The notes under the pieces are model-generated. The model saw only the letters and a program-made list of their open reading frames with translations, was not told where the DNA came from and made no database searches. Positions 42,075-51,219 of a stretch of 51,531 nt of DNA are shown in pieces. The translations under genes and the position numbers were made by a program. The stretch comes from Pseudomonas sp. (GTDB lineage Bacteria; Pseudomonadota; Gammaproteobacteria; Pseudomonadales; Pseudomonadaceae), in assembly GCA_036561825.1 (NCBI GenBank), contig DATCUN010000261.1, positions 1 to 51,531 of the forward strand, written 5' to 3'. Numbering within the stretch: position 1 is the stretch's first letter; each line of letters begins with the position of its first letter.

Positions 42075-43508
42075 TCAGCGCAGCAGCTTGTCGATCATCC
42101 GCTGTTCTTCTTCCAGGGTGCTGTGGCGAGCGTCGATGCGTGCAGCCAGCTGGAAGTTGCTGCTGGCGCGGCGGCGGGCGAAGTCGAGTTGCTCCAGGGC
42201 CTGGTCGTAGTCGCCGGTGAGGGCGAAGTATTCGGCGCGGGCCTGGTGCACGCCGATGATGTTGCCGGACAGGCCGCGGGTTTCGGCCTGCTGATACCAC
42301 AGCTCGGCATCGCCGGGGCGCTCCTTGAGCAGGGCGTCCAGGCGCTTTTCGGCTTCGGCCGGACGATTCTGCTTGAGCAGTACTTCGGCCTGGTACTGGC
42401 GCAGCGGGTAGTTGTCCGGGTACAGGCCGAGCAGGCGCTGCAGGCGCTGGCTGGCGGCATCGGGCCGGTTGGCGGCGACGTCCAGCTGGGCCTGGGCGAG
42501 GTTGTAGACGATATCGTTCGGCGCCTTGGCGAGCAGCGGCTGCAGGCTGCTGGCGGCCTCCTTGAGCTGGCCGTTCTTGATCTGCGCCAGGGTCAGGCCG
42601 TAGCGCGCGGCATCGAGGTTGGGGTTTTCGTCGAGCAGGGCGCGGAAGCGTTTGGCCGCCAGGCCTGGTGAGCTTTCGTAGAGCAACTGCACGCGGGCGC
42701 GCATCAGTTGGTAGTTCAGGGTGTCGGTGTTGCCGCCGCCGGCGAGTTGCTCGGCGCGGTTGCGCGTATCGGCCACCCGCGATTCGCTGACCGGGTGGGT
42801 CAGGAGAAATTCCGGCGGCATCCGGGTGTAGCGGTACTGGCGCATCAGGCGCTCGAACATGCTCGGCATGGCATTCGGGTCGTAACCTGCCTGCTGCAGG
42901 TTGAGGATGCCGATGCGGTCGGCCTCCTGTTCGTTCTGCCGCGAGAAGCTCCGTTGTGCCTGGACCGCCGCTGCCTGGGTCGAGGCGATGGCGGCGATGC
43001 CGGCATCGCCGGCGCCGGCGGCGGCGGCGACCACGCCGGCGAGCATGGCGGCCATCAGCGGCACCTGCATGCGTTTCTGTTCCTCGAGGCCGCGGGCGAA
43101 GTGGCGCTGCGACAGGTGCGCCAGTTCGTGGGCCAGCACCGAGGCGTACTCGCCCTCGGTCTGCGCGTGCAGGAACAGGCCGCCATTGACGCCGATCACT
43201 CCGCCGGGCGCGGCGAACGCGTTGAGCTGCGGGCTGTCGAGGAGGACGAAGACCAGGCGCCGGTCCTGCAGCTGGCTGGTTTCCGCCAGGCGATAGACGC
43301 TGTTCTCGATGAAGTCCTCGAGCAGCGGGTCGGACAGGCTCTTCACCTGGCCGCGCAGCACGTTGAGCCAGGCGCGGCCGAGCTGGTGCTCCTGGTCGGG
43401 GGAGACGATCGAGGAGCTGGCATCGCCGAGCGACGGCAGGTCGCTGGCGAGAGCCGGGGTCGCCAGCAGGCAGGCCAACGTCAGCAGGGTGGGGCGCAGA
43501 ATCTTCAT
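42075..43508 (-). CDS. bepA: M48 family metalloprotease BepA/YfgC with TPR domain
   Basis: Signal peptide; NAFAAPGG, HELAH, FSRQNEQEAD, LLTHP. Confidence 0.9.
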   Translation of the reverse strand: MKILRPTLLTLACLLATPALASDLPSLGDASSSIVSPDQEHQLGRAWLNVLRGQVKSLSDPLLEDFIENSVYRLAETSQLQDRRLVFVLLDSPQLNAFAAPGGVIGVNGGLFLHAQTEGEYASVLAHELAHLSQRHFARGLEEQKRMQVPLMAAMLAGVVAAAAGAGDAGIAAIASTQAAAVQAQRSFSRQNEQEADRIGILNLQQAGYDPNAMPSMFERLMRQYRYTRMPPEFLLTHPVSESRVADTRNRAEQLAGGGNTDTLNYQLMRARVQLLYESSPGLAAKRFRALLDENPNLDAARYGLTLAQIKNGQLKEAASSLQPLLAKAPNDIVYNLAQAQLDVAANRPDAASQRLQRLLGLYPDNYPLRQYQAEVLLKQNRPAEAEKRLDALLKERPGDAELWYQQAETRGLSGNIIGVHQARAEYFALTGDYDQALEQLDFARRRASSNFQLAARIDARHSTLEEEQRMIDKLLR

Positions 43509-43613
43509 CGCTCGAACTCGCGGATGCAAAGGCCTACTCTAGCCGCAGCGGCGGCTGGCTGGCCAGTCGTGCGCCGCCTTGGGTATGCTGTGCGGCATTT
43601 GCGGAGAGCCAAC

Positions 43614-43865
43614 ATGACCGACACTGCCGGGCCGGCACCGGCCCACGATGCCGAACTGGATGCCAGCGGGCTGAACTGCCCGTTGCCGCTGCTCAAGGCC
43701 AAGCTGGAGCTCAACCGCCTGCCCAGTGGCGCGGTACTCAAGGTGATCGCCACCGATGCCGGTTCGCAGCGCGACTTCCGCGCCTTCGCCCGGCTGGCCG
43801 GGCACGCGTTGCTGCGCGAGGAGGAGGAGGCCGGCTGCTTCCGTTACTGGCTGCGCAAGGCCTGA
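43614..43865 (+). CDS. TusA family sulfur carrier
   Basis: LDASGLNCPLPLLKAK, ATDAGS. Confidence 0.9.
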   Translation: MTDTAGPAPAHDAELDASGLNCPLPLLKAKLELNRLPSGAVLKVIATDAGSQRDFRAFARLAGHALLREEEEAGCFRYWLRKA

Positions 43866-43893
43866 GGAGGCAGCGGTCGACGGCTGCGGCCGC

Positions 43894-44367
43894 TCAGCCG
43901 GCGTTGAGCGCGCGAGCGGCTTGCAGTACGGCATCCACATGGCCCGGCACCTTCACGCCGCGCCATTCCTGGCGTAGCACGCCGTCCTTGTCGATGAGGA
44001 AGGTGCTGCGCTCGATGCCCAGGTATTCCTTGCCGTACAGTTTCTTCAGCTTGATCACGTCGAACAGCTGGCACAGTTGCTCGTCGGTATCGGCAATCAG
44101 CTCGAAGGGGAACTCCTGCTTGCACTTGAAGTTCTCGTGGGACTTCAGGCTGTCGCGCGAGACGCCGAAAATCAGCGTGTTGGCGGCAGCAAACTCGGCA
44201 TGCAGGTCGCGGAAATTCTGGCCCTCGGTGGTGCAGCCCGGGGTGCTGTCCTTCGGATAGAAGTACAGCACCAGCTGCCGGCCCTTGAGGGCGCCCAGCG
44301 CGACCTGCTGGCCGCTGGTGGCCTGGACCTGGAAGTCGGCGACGGGCGAATCGATGGCTACCGGCAT
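43894..44367 (-). CDS. bcp: Peroxiredoxin Bcp
   Basis: YFYPKDSTPGCTTE, ERSTFLID. Confidence 0.93.
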   Translation of the reverse strand: MPVAIDSPVADFQVQATSGQQVALGALKGRQLVLYFYPKDSTPGCTTEGQNFRDLHAEFAAANTLIFGVSRDSLKSHENFKCKQEFPFELIADTDEQLCQLFDVIKLKKLYGKEYLGIERSTFLIDKDGVLRQEWRGVKVPGHVDAVLQAARALNAG

Positions 44368-44390
44368 GATGAACTCCTGGTCGGTGGGGC

Positions 44391-44948
44391 TTACGGGTTC
44401 TGCGGGCGCCACGGCTCGATCAGAGCGTCGAGGTTGAGGGCGTCGGCAAAGTCGAGGAACTGATCGCGCAGCCAGCTGATCTGGGTGCCCGGCGGCAGGG
44501 TCACGGTGATGGTGGCGTTGAGCAGCAGGGTGCCGGTCTGCGGTGCCTGGTAGGTGTCGCAGGTGAGGTTCTCCAGCTCGACGTGGTGATCGGTGAAGAA
44601 CTGGCACAGCTCGCCGATGATGTCCGGGCGATAGGCGGCGCTGATATAGACCACGTAGGGCAGGGCATTGGCGCGCTCGACGGCAGCAGCGCTGCGGGTC
44701 ACGTTGATGCTGAACTTGTGGCGCTTGGCCAGGGGCGCCAGGCTGGCTTCCAGGCGGGCCAGCGCGTCCCAGCTGCCAGCGACCTGCAGCACCAGGGCGC
44801 TGTACTCGCCATGCCGGGTCAGGCGGCTGCTGACCACGTTGCAGCGGCTTTCCTGGCTGGCGCGCGAGAGAACGCTGGTGAGCTCCATGGGCGAGGCTCC
44901 CAGGGCGCTGATCACGAGAAACTGTTCACGGGGTTGGGGGGTCGACAT
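44391..44948 (-). CDS. gcvR: Glycine cleavage system regulator GcvR family (tandem ACT domains)
   Basis: LVISALG...GSWDALARLE; divergent from dapA and upstream of bcp. Confidence 0.85.
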   Translation of the reverse strand: MSTPQPREQFLVISALGASPMELTSVLSRASQESRCNVVSSRLTRHGEYSALVLQVAGSWDALARLEASLAPLAKRHKFSINVTRSAAAVERANALPYVVYISAAYRPDIIGELCQFFTDHHVELENLTCDTYQAPQTGTLLLNATITVTLPPGTQISWLRDQFLDFADALNLDALIEPWRPQNP

Positions 44949-45119
44949 GCAGAATTCCTGGTGCAATAGAGATGGCGGCAGCGCACGGGCCGGCAGAGCC
45001 GGGAAGGGTAGCGAAAAGCGCCGACAAGGGGAATGCCCGGTGACCCGCCGCCAGCTTGTGCAAGGCTGGTGGCATCAGTACCATTACCCCTTTATTTATA
45101 TAGCGGCAGGAGTGGTTGC

Positions 45120-45998
45120 ATGATTACGGGCAGCATGGTGGCACTGGTCACGCCCATGGATGCAGAGGGCCGTCTGGATTGGGACAGCCTGACCCAACTG
45201 GTCGATTTTCACCTCCAGGAAGGTACCAACGCGATTGTTGCGGTGGGCACCACGGGTGAGTCCGCCACGCTGGACGTCGACGAGCACGTCGCGGTAATCC
45301 GTCATGTGGTCAAACAGGTCGCCGGGCGCATCCCGGTGATCGCCGGTACCGGTGCCAACTCCACCCGCGAAGCCATCGAGCTGACCGCCGCCGCCAAGCA
45401 GGCCGGCGCCGATGCCTGCCTGCTGGTCACCCCGTACTACAACAAGCCGACCCAGGAAGGCCTGTACCTGCACCACAAGGCCATCGCCGAGGCCGTGGCC
45501 ATTCCGCAGATTCTCTACAACGTGCCGGGGCGTACCGCCTGCGACATGCTGCCCGACACCATCGCCCGTCTGTCCACGGTGCCGAACATCATCGGCGTCA
45601 AGGAAGCCACCGGCGATCTGGCGCGCGGCCAGGAAGTGCTGGACAAGGTCGCCCCGGGCTTCCTGGTCTACTCCGGTGACGACGCCACTGCCGTCGAGCT
45701 GATGCTGATGGGCGCCAAGGGCAACATCTCGGTGACCGCCAACGTGGCCCCGCGTGACATGAGCGAGCTGTGTGCCCTGGCCATGCGTGGTGAGGCCGCG
45801 CCCGCGCGCGCCATCAATGAGCGCCTGATGCCGCTGCACAAGGCGCTGTTCTGCGAGGCCAACCCGATCCCGGTGAAGTTCGCCCTGCACGAGATGGGAC
45901 TGATTCCCCAAGGCATCCGCCTGCCCCTGACCTGGCTCAGCCAGGGCTGCCAGGAGCCGCTGCGTCAGGCCATGCGCCAGGCCGGTGTGCTGGCCTGA
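45120..45998 (+). CDS. dapA: 4-hydroxy-tetrahydrodipicolinate synthase
   Basis: GTTGES, PYYNKP, YNVPGRT, GVKEATG. Confidence 0.97.
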   Translation: MITGSMVALVTPMDAEGRLDWDSLTQLVDFHLQEGTNAIVAVGTTGESATLDVDEHVAVIRHVVKQVAGRIPVIAGTGANSTREAIELTAAAKQAGADACLLVTPYYNKPTQEGLYLHHKAIAEAVAIPQILYNVPGRTACDMLPDTIARLSTVPNIIGVKEATGDLARGQEVLDKVAPGFLVYSGDDATAVELMLMGAKGNISVTANVAPRDMSELCALAMRGEAAPARAINERLMPLHKALFCEANPIPVKFALHEMGLIPQGIRLPLTWLSQGCQEPLRQAMRQAGVLA

Positions 45999-46014
45999 TC
46001 GACGGAGAACATGC

Positions 46015-47106
46015 ATGAAGCAACTGGCCGGACTTTCCGCGCTTGCCCTGATCATTGGAACCAGCAGCGGATGCGGCTGGATCTGGGGCGACAACGGCTA
46101 CTTCCGCGACCGCGGCAGCGACTATCTTGCTGCCCGCGAAACCGCCCCGATGCAGCTGCCGCCGGATGTCCAGGCGCGTCGTATCGAGCCCCTGCTGCCG
46201 GTGCCGGCCAGCGTGGCGACCCGCAGTGCCGAAGGTGAATTCGAGGTGCCGCGACCGCAGGGTCTGCAGGCGACTGCTCAGCGCAGCGACTTCAGCCTGC
46301 AGCGCAGCGGCGAGCGTCGCTGGGTGGTAGCCCAGCGCAGCCCGGCCGAGGTCTGGCCGCTGGCGCGCCAGTTCTTCGAGGAAAACGGCCTGAGCATCAG
46401 CGAGGAACGTCCGGAGACCGGCGAACTGGTCAGTGCCTGGCAGACCGTGCCGACCGCGCTTGCCCGTCACCTCGACAAGGCGGATGCCGAAGTCAGCGTG
46501 CGCCTGCGCGTCGAGCCCGGCGTGCAGCGCAACACCAGCGAAATCTTCCTGCTCAGCAACGTCCGTCCTGCCGGCAGCTCGGCCGAGCCGGCATGGCCGG
46601 CGCGCTCGGTCCAGCCGGCGCTGGACGGCGCGTTGATCGAGCGCCTGCAGAGCAGCCTGAGCAGCTCCGTGGGCCAGGGTGGCAGCGTTTCCCTGCTGGC
46701 CGATCGCAGCTTCGACGCGCCCAAGCGCGTCTCCCTGGGCTCCGATGGCAGTGGCAACCCGCAGCTCAGCCTGGCTACCGATTTCGACCGCGCCTGGTCG
46801 GCGGTGGGCCGTGCCCTGCAGGATGGCGATGTGCGCGTCGATGACATGAACCGCAGTCTCGGCATCTACTACATCAACCTCGCCGAAAGCGCGGACAAGC
46901 CGGGCGAGGAGCCGGGCTTCTTCGCCGGCCTGCTGGGCGGCAAGGCGGATGCCGAGGACGTCGAGTCCCGCGCCGAGCGTTATCATGTCCGGCTGACCAC
47001 CGTCGGCGACAGCGTGCAGGTGTCGGTCGAGAAAGACCTCGAGACCGTCGCGCCGGCCGATGTGGCGCGCCGCGTGCTGGAGCTGATCCAGGAACACCTC
47101 GGCTGA
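46015..47106 (+). CDS. bamC: Outer membrane assembly lipoprotein BamC (NlpB/DapX)
   Basis: Lipobox SSGC; FRDRGSDY; FDRAW; downstream of dapA. Confidence 0.88.
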   Translation: MKQLAGLSALALIIGTSSGCGWIWGDNGYFRDRGSDYLAARETAPMQLPPDVQARRIEPLLPVPASVATRSAEGEFEVPRPQGLQATAQRSDFSLQRSGERRWVVAQRSPAEVWPLARQFFEENGLSISEERPETGELVSAWQTVPTALARHLDKADAEVSVRLRVEPGVQRNTSEIFLLSNVRPAGSSAEPAWPARSVQPALDGALIERLQSSLSSSVGQGGSVSLLADRSFDAPKRVSLGSDGSGNPQLSLATDFDRAWSAVGRALQDGDVRVDDMNRSLGIYYINLAESADKPGEEPGFFAGLLGGKADAEDVESRAERYHVRLTTVGDSVQVSVEKDLETVAPADVARRVLELIQEHLG

Positions 47107-47139
47107 GTCGGGCCTGCAGCCCCAGCCGCTACCAGCGAT

Positions 47140-47172
47140 AGGCGAAACCCCCGGGTTTCGCCTGTTTTGTTT
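47140..47172 (+). terminator. Terminator-like hairpin between bamC and purC
   Basis: AGGCGAAACCC-CC-GGGTTTCGCCT then GTTTTGTTT. Confidence 0.6.
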
Positions 47173-47193
47173 GCCAGAAACGGAAATGCCGCT

Positions 47194-48063
47194 ATGACCA
47201 CACCCACCACCCTGAGCCTGAAGAAAATCTACTCGGGCAAGGTTCGCGACCTCTACGAAATCGATGACAAGCGCATGCTGATGGTGGCCACCGATCGTCT
47301 GTCGGCCTTCGACGTCATCCTCGCCGAGCCGATCCCGGAGAAGGGCAAGATCCTCACCGCCATCTCCAACTTCTGGTTCGACAAGCTCAAGGACCTGGTG
47401 CCCAACCACTTCACCGGCGACAAGGTCGAGGACGTGGTGCCGGCTGCGGAGCTGCCGCTGGTGGAGGGACGTGCGGTGGTGGCCAAGCGCCTCAAGCCGG
47501 TCGCCGTGGAAGCCATCGTGCGCGGTTATATCGTCGGCTCCGGCTGGAAGGAGTATCAGAAGAGCGGCACCGTCTGCGGCATCGCGCTGCCGGCCGGCCT
47601 GAAGGAAGCGGCCAAGCTGCCGCAGCCGATCTTCACCCCCTCGACCAAGGCCGCCGTCGGCGACCATGACGAGAACATCTCCTTCGAGCAGTGCGAAGCC
47701 ATCATCGGCAAGGAGCTGGCCGCCAAGGTGCGCGACACCGCCATCGCCCTGTACAGCGCCGCGGTCGAGTATGCGGCCACCCGCGGCATCATCATCGCCG
47801 ATACCAAGTTCGAGTTCGGCCTGGACGAGGACGGCACCCTGACCCTGATGGACGAGGTGCTGACCCCGGACTCCAGCCGCTTCTGGCCGGCCGACAGCTA
47901 CGTCGAAGGGCAGAACCCGCCGAGCTTCGACAAGCAGTTCGTGCGCGACTGGCTGGAATCCACCGGCTGGAACAAGGAGCCGCCGGCCCCGGCCGTGCCG
48001 GCCGAGGTGGCGCAGAAGACCGCGGACAAGTACCGCGAGGCGCTGACCCGGCTGACCCGCTGA
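47194..48063 (+). CDS. purC: SAICAR synthetase (long, ADE1-like type)
   Basis: [59 protein letters not shown]. Confidence 0.96.
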   Translation: MTTPTTLSLKKIYSGKVRDLYEIDDKRMLMVATDRLSAFDVILAEPIPEKGKILTAISNFWFDKLKDLVPNHFTGDKVEDVVPAAELPLVEGRAVVAKRLKPVAVEAIVRGYIVGSGWKEYQKSGTVCGIALPAGLKEAAKLPQPIFTPSTKAAVGDHDENISFEQCEAIIGKELAAKVRDTAIALYSAAVEYAATRGIIIADTKFEFGLDEDGTLTLMDEVLTPDSSRFWPADSYVEGQNPPSFDKQFVRDWLESTGWNKEPPAPAVPAEVAQKTADKYREALTRLTR

Positions 48064-48120
48064 ATAGCGTCACGGCGCGCAAGCAACTGATCCTGCGCGA
48101 AAAAATCCTCACAAGGGGTT

Positions 48121-48156
48121 TTGCCAAACGGATCTGAGCTGGTATGATGCGCGCCG
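48121..48156 (+). promoter_or_regulatory. Sigma70 promoter of tRNA-Ser with GC-rich discriminator
   Basis: TTGCCA-N16-TATGAT-GCGCGCCG. Confidence 0.7.
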
Positions 48157-48160
48157 ACTT

Positions 48161-48250
48161 GGGGAGATGCCGGAGTGGTCGAACGGGACGGATTCGAAAT
48201 CCGTTGTGTCCGCGAGGGCACCTAGGGTTCGAATCCCTATCTCCCCGCCA
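48161..48250 (+). tRNA. tRNA-Ser (anticodon CGA)
   Basis: 90 nt; GGGGAGA/TCTCCCC-GCCA; ACGGA-TTCGAAA-TCCGT anticodon arm; long variable arm. Confidence 0.96.
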
Positions 48251-48257
48251 TATATAG

Positions 48258-48298
48258 AAAAGCCCTGCAAATCAATGGTTTGCGGGGCTTTTTCTTTT
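48258..48298 (+). terminator. Terminator hairpin after tRNA-Ser containing an IHF consensus
   Basis: AAAAGCCCTGCAAA...TTTGCGGGGCTTTT-TCTTTT; AATCAATGGTTTG at 48270-48282 fits WATCAANNNNTTR. Confidence 0.75.
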
Positions 48299-48444
48299 CT
48301 GATTCTACCCAGTCTTTCTACCCAAGCTTACTACCCAGTCCGTCCGTCTGGGAGCCATGTTCTCGCGTACCTGCTGCTGGCGTTGGGTGGCTGTAGTATT
48401 CTGCAACGCCAACACATCACGACCGAAGGCAGGGATGCGAAGAT

Positions 48445-48771
48445 ATGAATGAGAAGCTTTTCTTTCTAGCGAGCAAGAAGCGGAGCACCAACCACATCCT
48501 GCACCTGATTCTCACTTTGCTTACATTTGGTGTGTGGGTGATTGTCTGGGTGATCGTTGCAAGCAATAACAGTAGCTACAACAGCCGCATTGATGCCGAG
48601 ATGGGGCGCATCATCAGCTACAAGGAGAAAGGCTTGAGCGACGTACAGGCATATCAGCAGATTAGAGCGGACAAGACAAAGGAATCTCAGGACAGAGCGA
48701 AGACTGTGATGGTGGTTTTCGGGGTCATAGTCCTTTTCGTGATACTCGGGTCGCTCGGTGTAACCCCATAG
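48445..48771 (+). CDS. Hypothetical membrane protein
   Basis: 108 aa; N-terminal TNHILHLILTLLTFGVWVIVW hydrophobic segment and a C-terminal TM. Confidence 0.7.
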   Translation: MNEKLFFLASKKRSTNHILHLILTLLTFGVWVIVWVIVASNNSSYNSRIDAEMGRIISYKEKGLSDVQAYQQIRADKTKESQDRAKTVMVVFGVIVLFVILGSLGVTP

Positions 48772-48868
48772 CGAGGGTCGCATGGCTCAACGGGGGGGAT
48801 AAACCAGAACCCCGGCCTACCTTGCGAATATAAAATATTGGCAAGAGAGGCTTTATAGGGGGGATAGG

Positions 48869-49567
48869 TCAGAAGGATAGGCTAAGTTTTTGCATGACGC
48901 GGCTGACCTGCACAGGGGACCACTCGCCACCGCGAGCAGTCTTCACCCCTTTGGCATTAAGACAATCTGCTACACCCTTCAACGTGCGAGTGCCACGCAA
49001 TACACACAGCTCTACAGTGTCCCTAAGACTCTCAGCAAAGACTTCAGCCCTTTCTTGGGTGGCAATACCACCCTTCATCTGATTGGCCTTTGTGCGGCCC
49101 TTGGCAAGCGATACAGCACGATTTGCAACCTTGCCTTGAGCTACCCTGTCTCCAGCCTCGGCACGCTTAGAGAGGCTCTGCAAGGCTTCCTTGGTGCGTT
49201 GGCTGATAAATTCCCTTTCCTGCTGGGCGAGCATTGCGTACAAGTGCAGCTCCAGGGTCTTGGCTGCTGGCATTGTCGCCACCTTAAAGTCTGAACGCTT
49301 CATCAGGCCGGCGATGTGTTCAACGTCTCGGCTAAGGCGGTCAAGCTTCGCCACCACCACAGGCAGGCCATGAGCAAACGCCTTGGCAGCTTCTGGACGC
49401 TCCAAAGGGTGAACAGAGCCGGACACGTTCACATCAGTGTATTCAGCGACCACCACCCAACCGTGTTGAGCAGCAGCAGTGGAGACGTATTCCCGCTGAG
49501 CCTCCAGACCTAACCCGCTCTCGCCTTGACGCTTGGTGGATACCCGGTAGTAAGCGACGACTTCCAT
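48869..49567 (-). CDS. Serine recombinase (resolvase catalytic domain plus short C-terminal DNA-binding domain)
   Basis: YYRVST catalytic Ser, SG, KLDRLSR, EREFISQRTK, C-terminal LNAKGVKTARGGEW. Confidence 0.92.
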   Translation of the reverse strand: MEVVAYYRVSTKRQGESGLGLEAQREYVSTAAAQHGWVVVAEYTDVNVSGSVHPLERPEAAKAFAHGLPVVVAKLDRLSRDVEHIAGLMKRSDFKVATMPAAKTLELHLYAMLAQQEREFISQRTKEALQSLSKRAEAGDRVAQGKVANRAVSLAKGRTKANQMKGGIATQERAEVFAESLRDTVELCVLRGTRTLKGVADCLNAKGVKTARGGEWSPVQVSRVMQKLSLSF

Positions 49568-49597
49568 TCTCGATCCCCTTTAACAATGCTTGGGATG

Positions 49598-49626
49598 ATT
49601 ATACGAATGCTAGGACGTTCGTTCAA
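49598..49626 (-). promoter_or_regulatory. Near-consensus sigma70 promoter of the recombinase
   Basis: Minus strand TTGAAC-N17-TATAAT, then AAAGGGGA RBS before ATG 49567. Confidence 0.75.
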
Positions 49627-49714
49627 GCTATGTTATGCCGGCTTTCAGTGGCTTTCCCTGACACGCCAGTGGCAGACTGAGCAAAGGTTGAAAATAAACT
49701 AAGGAAGGGTATCC

Positions 49715-50248
49715 ATGAGCAACGCCACGCCTGCTGTGATCCTTGGGGGAGCGATCATGGCAGCAGCCGCCATCTACGTCGCCCCGTCTGTGATAGACGA
49801 CTACCAGAATCAGAACATCATCATCACTACCAACGGGGCTGTGAGGCTTGGAAAGGTCTACAACGAAGCCTTGAAGGTGCGGATGGAGATGAAAAACACC
49901 GAAACGGGGGAAGTGTTCATCTCCGTAGACGAAGATGTTGATGGATTTTATAAACAAGCAAGGTCGGAGCTTGAGAAGCTGATCCACGCCACGAATGAGG
50001 GCGCGAAGTCTGACAAGGAAAAGATTTCCGTTGAGGCTGCGGGTCTCAAGGTACATATGACCATCACTCTTGATACCTATTTCCTCTATCGTAGTGAATA
50101 CCAGCCATCCTTCAGTCTGACCGTCGATCAGCACGAAATCTCGGCGGGGGTTAATTCAGGTATCAACAAGGTTTTGATGCAGACCCAGGAGTACTTGAAT
50201 GAAGTGAAAATTGAGAATCTTGAAAAGAATAGATTCCTAAAGCTTTAA
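49715..50248 (+). CDS. Hypothetical protein with N-terminal membrane anchor
   Basis: 177 aa; AAGGAAGG RBS; hydrophobic PAVILGGAIMAAAAIYV. Confidence 0.7.
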   Translation: MSNATPAVILGGAIMAAAAIYVAPSVIDDYQNQNIIITTNGAVRLGKVYNEALKVRMEMKNTETGEVFISVDEDVDGFYKQARSELEKLIHATNEGAKSDKEKISVEAAGLKVHMTITLDTYFLYRSEYQPSFSLTVDQHEISAGVNSGINKVLMQTQEYLNEVKIENLEKNRFLKL

Positions 50249-50387
50249 CGGCCTGCCTCCTTGCTGAGTGTGTTGGTGGCTGGTTAAGCATATCTGCCAT
50301 GTAGGCTGCATAGAATGGGCCTGTTGAGCTTCTGGGGTATGGAAAGGGAGGGCAGGCAGCTCACCTGCCTCCTATTTGATTGTCTGT

Positions 50388-50675
50388 TTATCTTGCTTTT
50401 TTATTCTTGAACATGTTCTTGATGCTGTCTTTGTGGTCCAGCTTTTTGGCAGGTTTATTTGTTGTGTCAATTTGTTGGCTGGGCTTGTGGGTGGCTTGAG
50501 CCTTATTTGCTTTGTATTCGTCCAGCAGAGCTTGAATACGTGCCTCTTTTTCAGCAGCAAGCTTGGCACTTTCTTTTTCCTGTAGAAGCTCTTGGTGTCG
50601 CTCAGGGTGGAAGCGCTCAAGAATTAGCTCGTGGGTTCTTTGTGCTGATAGTGATACGAATTGTTGGTTAATCAT
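50388..50675 (-). CDS. Hypothetical basic, coiled-coil protein
   Basis: 95 aa; A-rich leader; co-oriented with 50734-51219. Confidence 0.55.
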   Translation of the reverse strand: MINQQFVSLSAQRTHELILERFHPERHQELLQEKESAKLAAEKEARIQALLDEYKANKAQATHKPSQQIDTTNKPAKKLDHKDSIKNMFKNKKAR

Positions 50676-50733
50676 TTTTTATTATTCCGTAGATTTGTGA
50701 GGGGGCGAGCTAAGTCGCCCCTTGTTGTTTTGG

Positions 50734-51219
50734 TTACTTGGGCAGGTAGGAGTCGAAAAGGTCTGCTGCTTCTTTCTCCAGTTCTCGATGTAGCTTTTCA
50801 TCTGCCTTGCGCTTCTTCTCATCCTCTTGCCGCTGGATAGCGGCCTTACGCTGAATGATTAGATTTTGTTTGGCTTCATCCACCTGTGCGGCAATCTCGC
50901 TCCTGTAATCCGCTTCCACTTGCTGTCTGACGGTATTCAGCTCCGCTTCCACCTCCTCAGGTTTCTTAAACATCGGGATGACGAAGGGATGGCTTTGGTG
51001 GTTCGTTTCCCGTGCTCGTTGATACCCCTCTTGTAGCTTTTGTTCGAGAAGGTCAAGTGCTTGGAAAAGAATCTCTGCCTTGATGGTGAAAATAGTGATG
51101 TTTGGAAGATTAAGGTAATCCGTGACAGCTTGATCCTGGCGGGCTTTAAGCTCTTTAGGGTCAAAGGTGGCTGGCATCTTTACGGTAATTTCTTGGCCGT
51201 CAATAATGGTCTTGCTCAT
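50734..51219 (-). CDS. Hypothetical coiled-coil protein
   Basis: 161 aa; AGAAGGA RBS; charged helical C-terminus. Confidence 0.7.
   Translation of the reverse strand: MSKTIIDGQEITVKMPATFDPKELKARQDQAVTDYLNLPNITIFTIKAEILFQALDLLEQKLQEGYQRARETNHQSHPFVIPMFKKPEEVEAELNTVRQQVEADYRSEIAAQVDEAKQNLIIQRKAAIQRQEDEKKRKADEKLHRELEKEAADLFDSYLPK

Noticed and set aside
47107-47193. ZTP or purine riboswitch before purC
   Set aside because: I could not find the consensus elements by eye; only a simple hairpin is visible
49628-50134. Minus-strand 168-aa ORF in the island
   Set aside because: Overlaps 49715-50248 (+), which has a clear RBS and more protein-like composition
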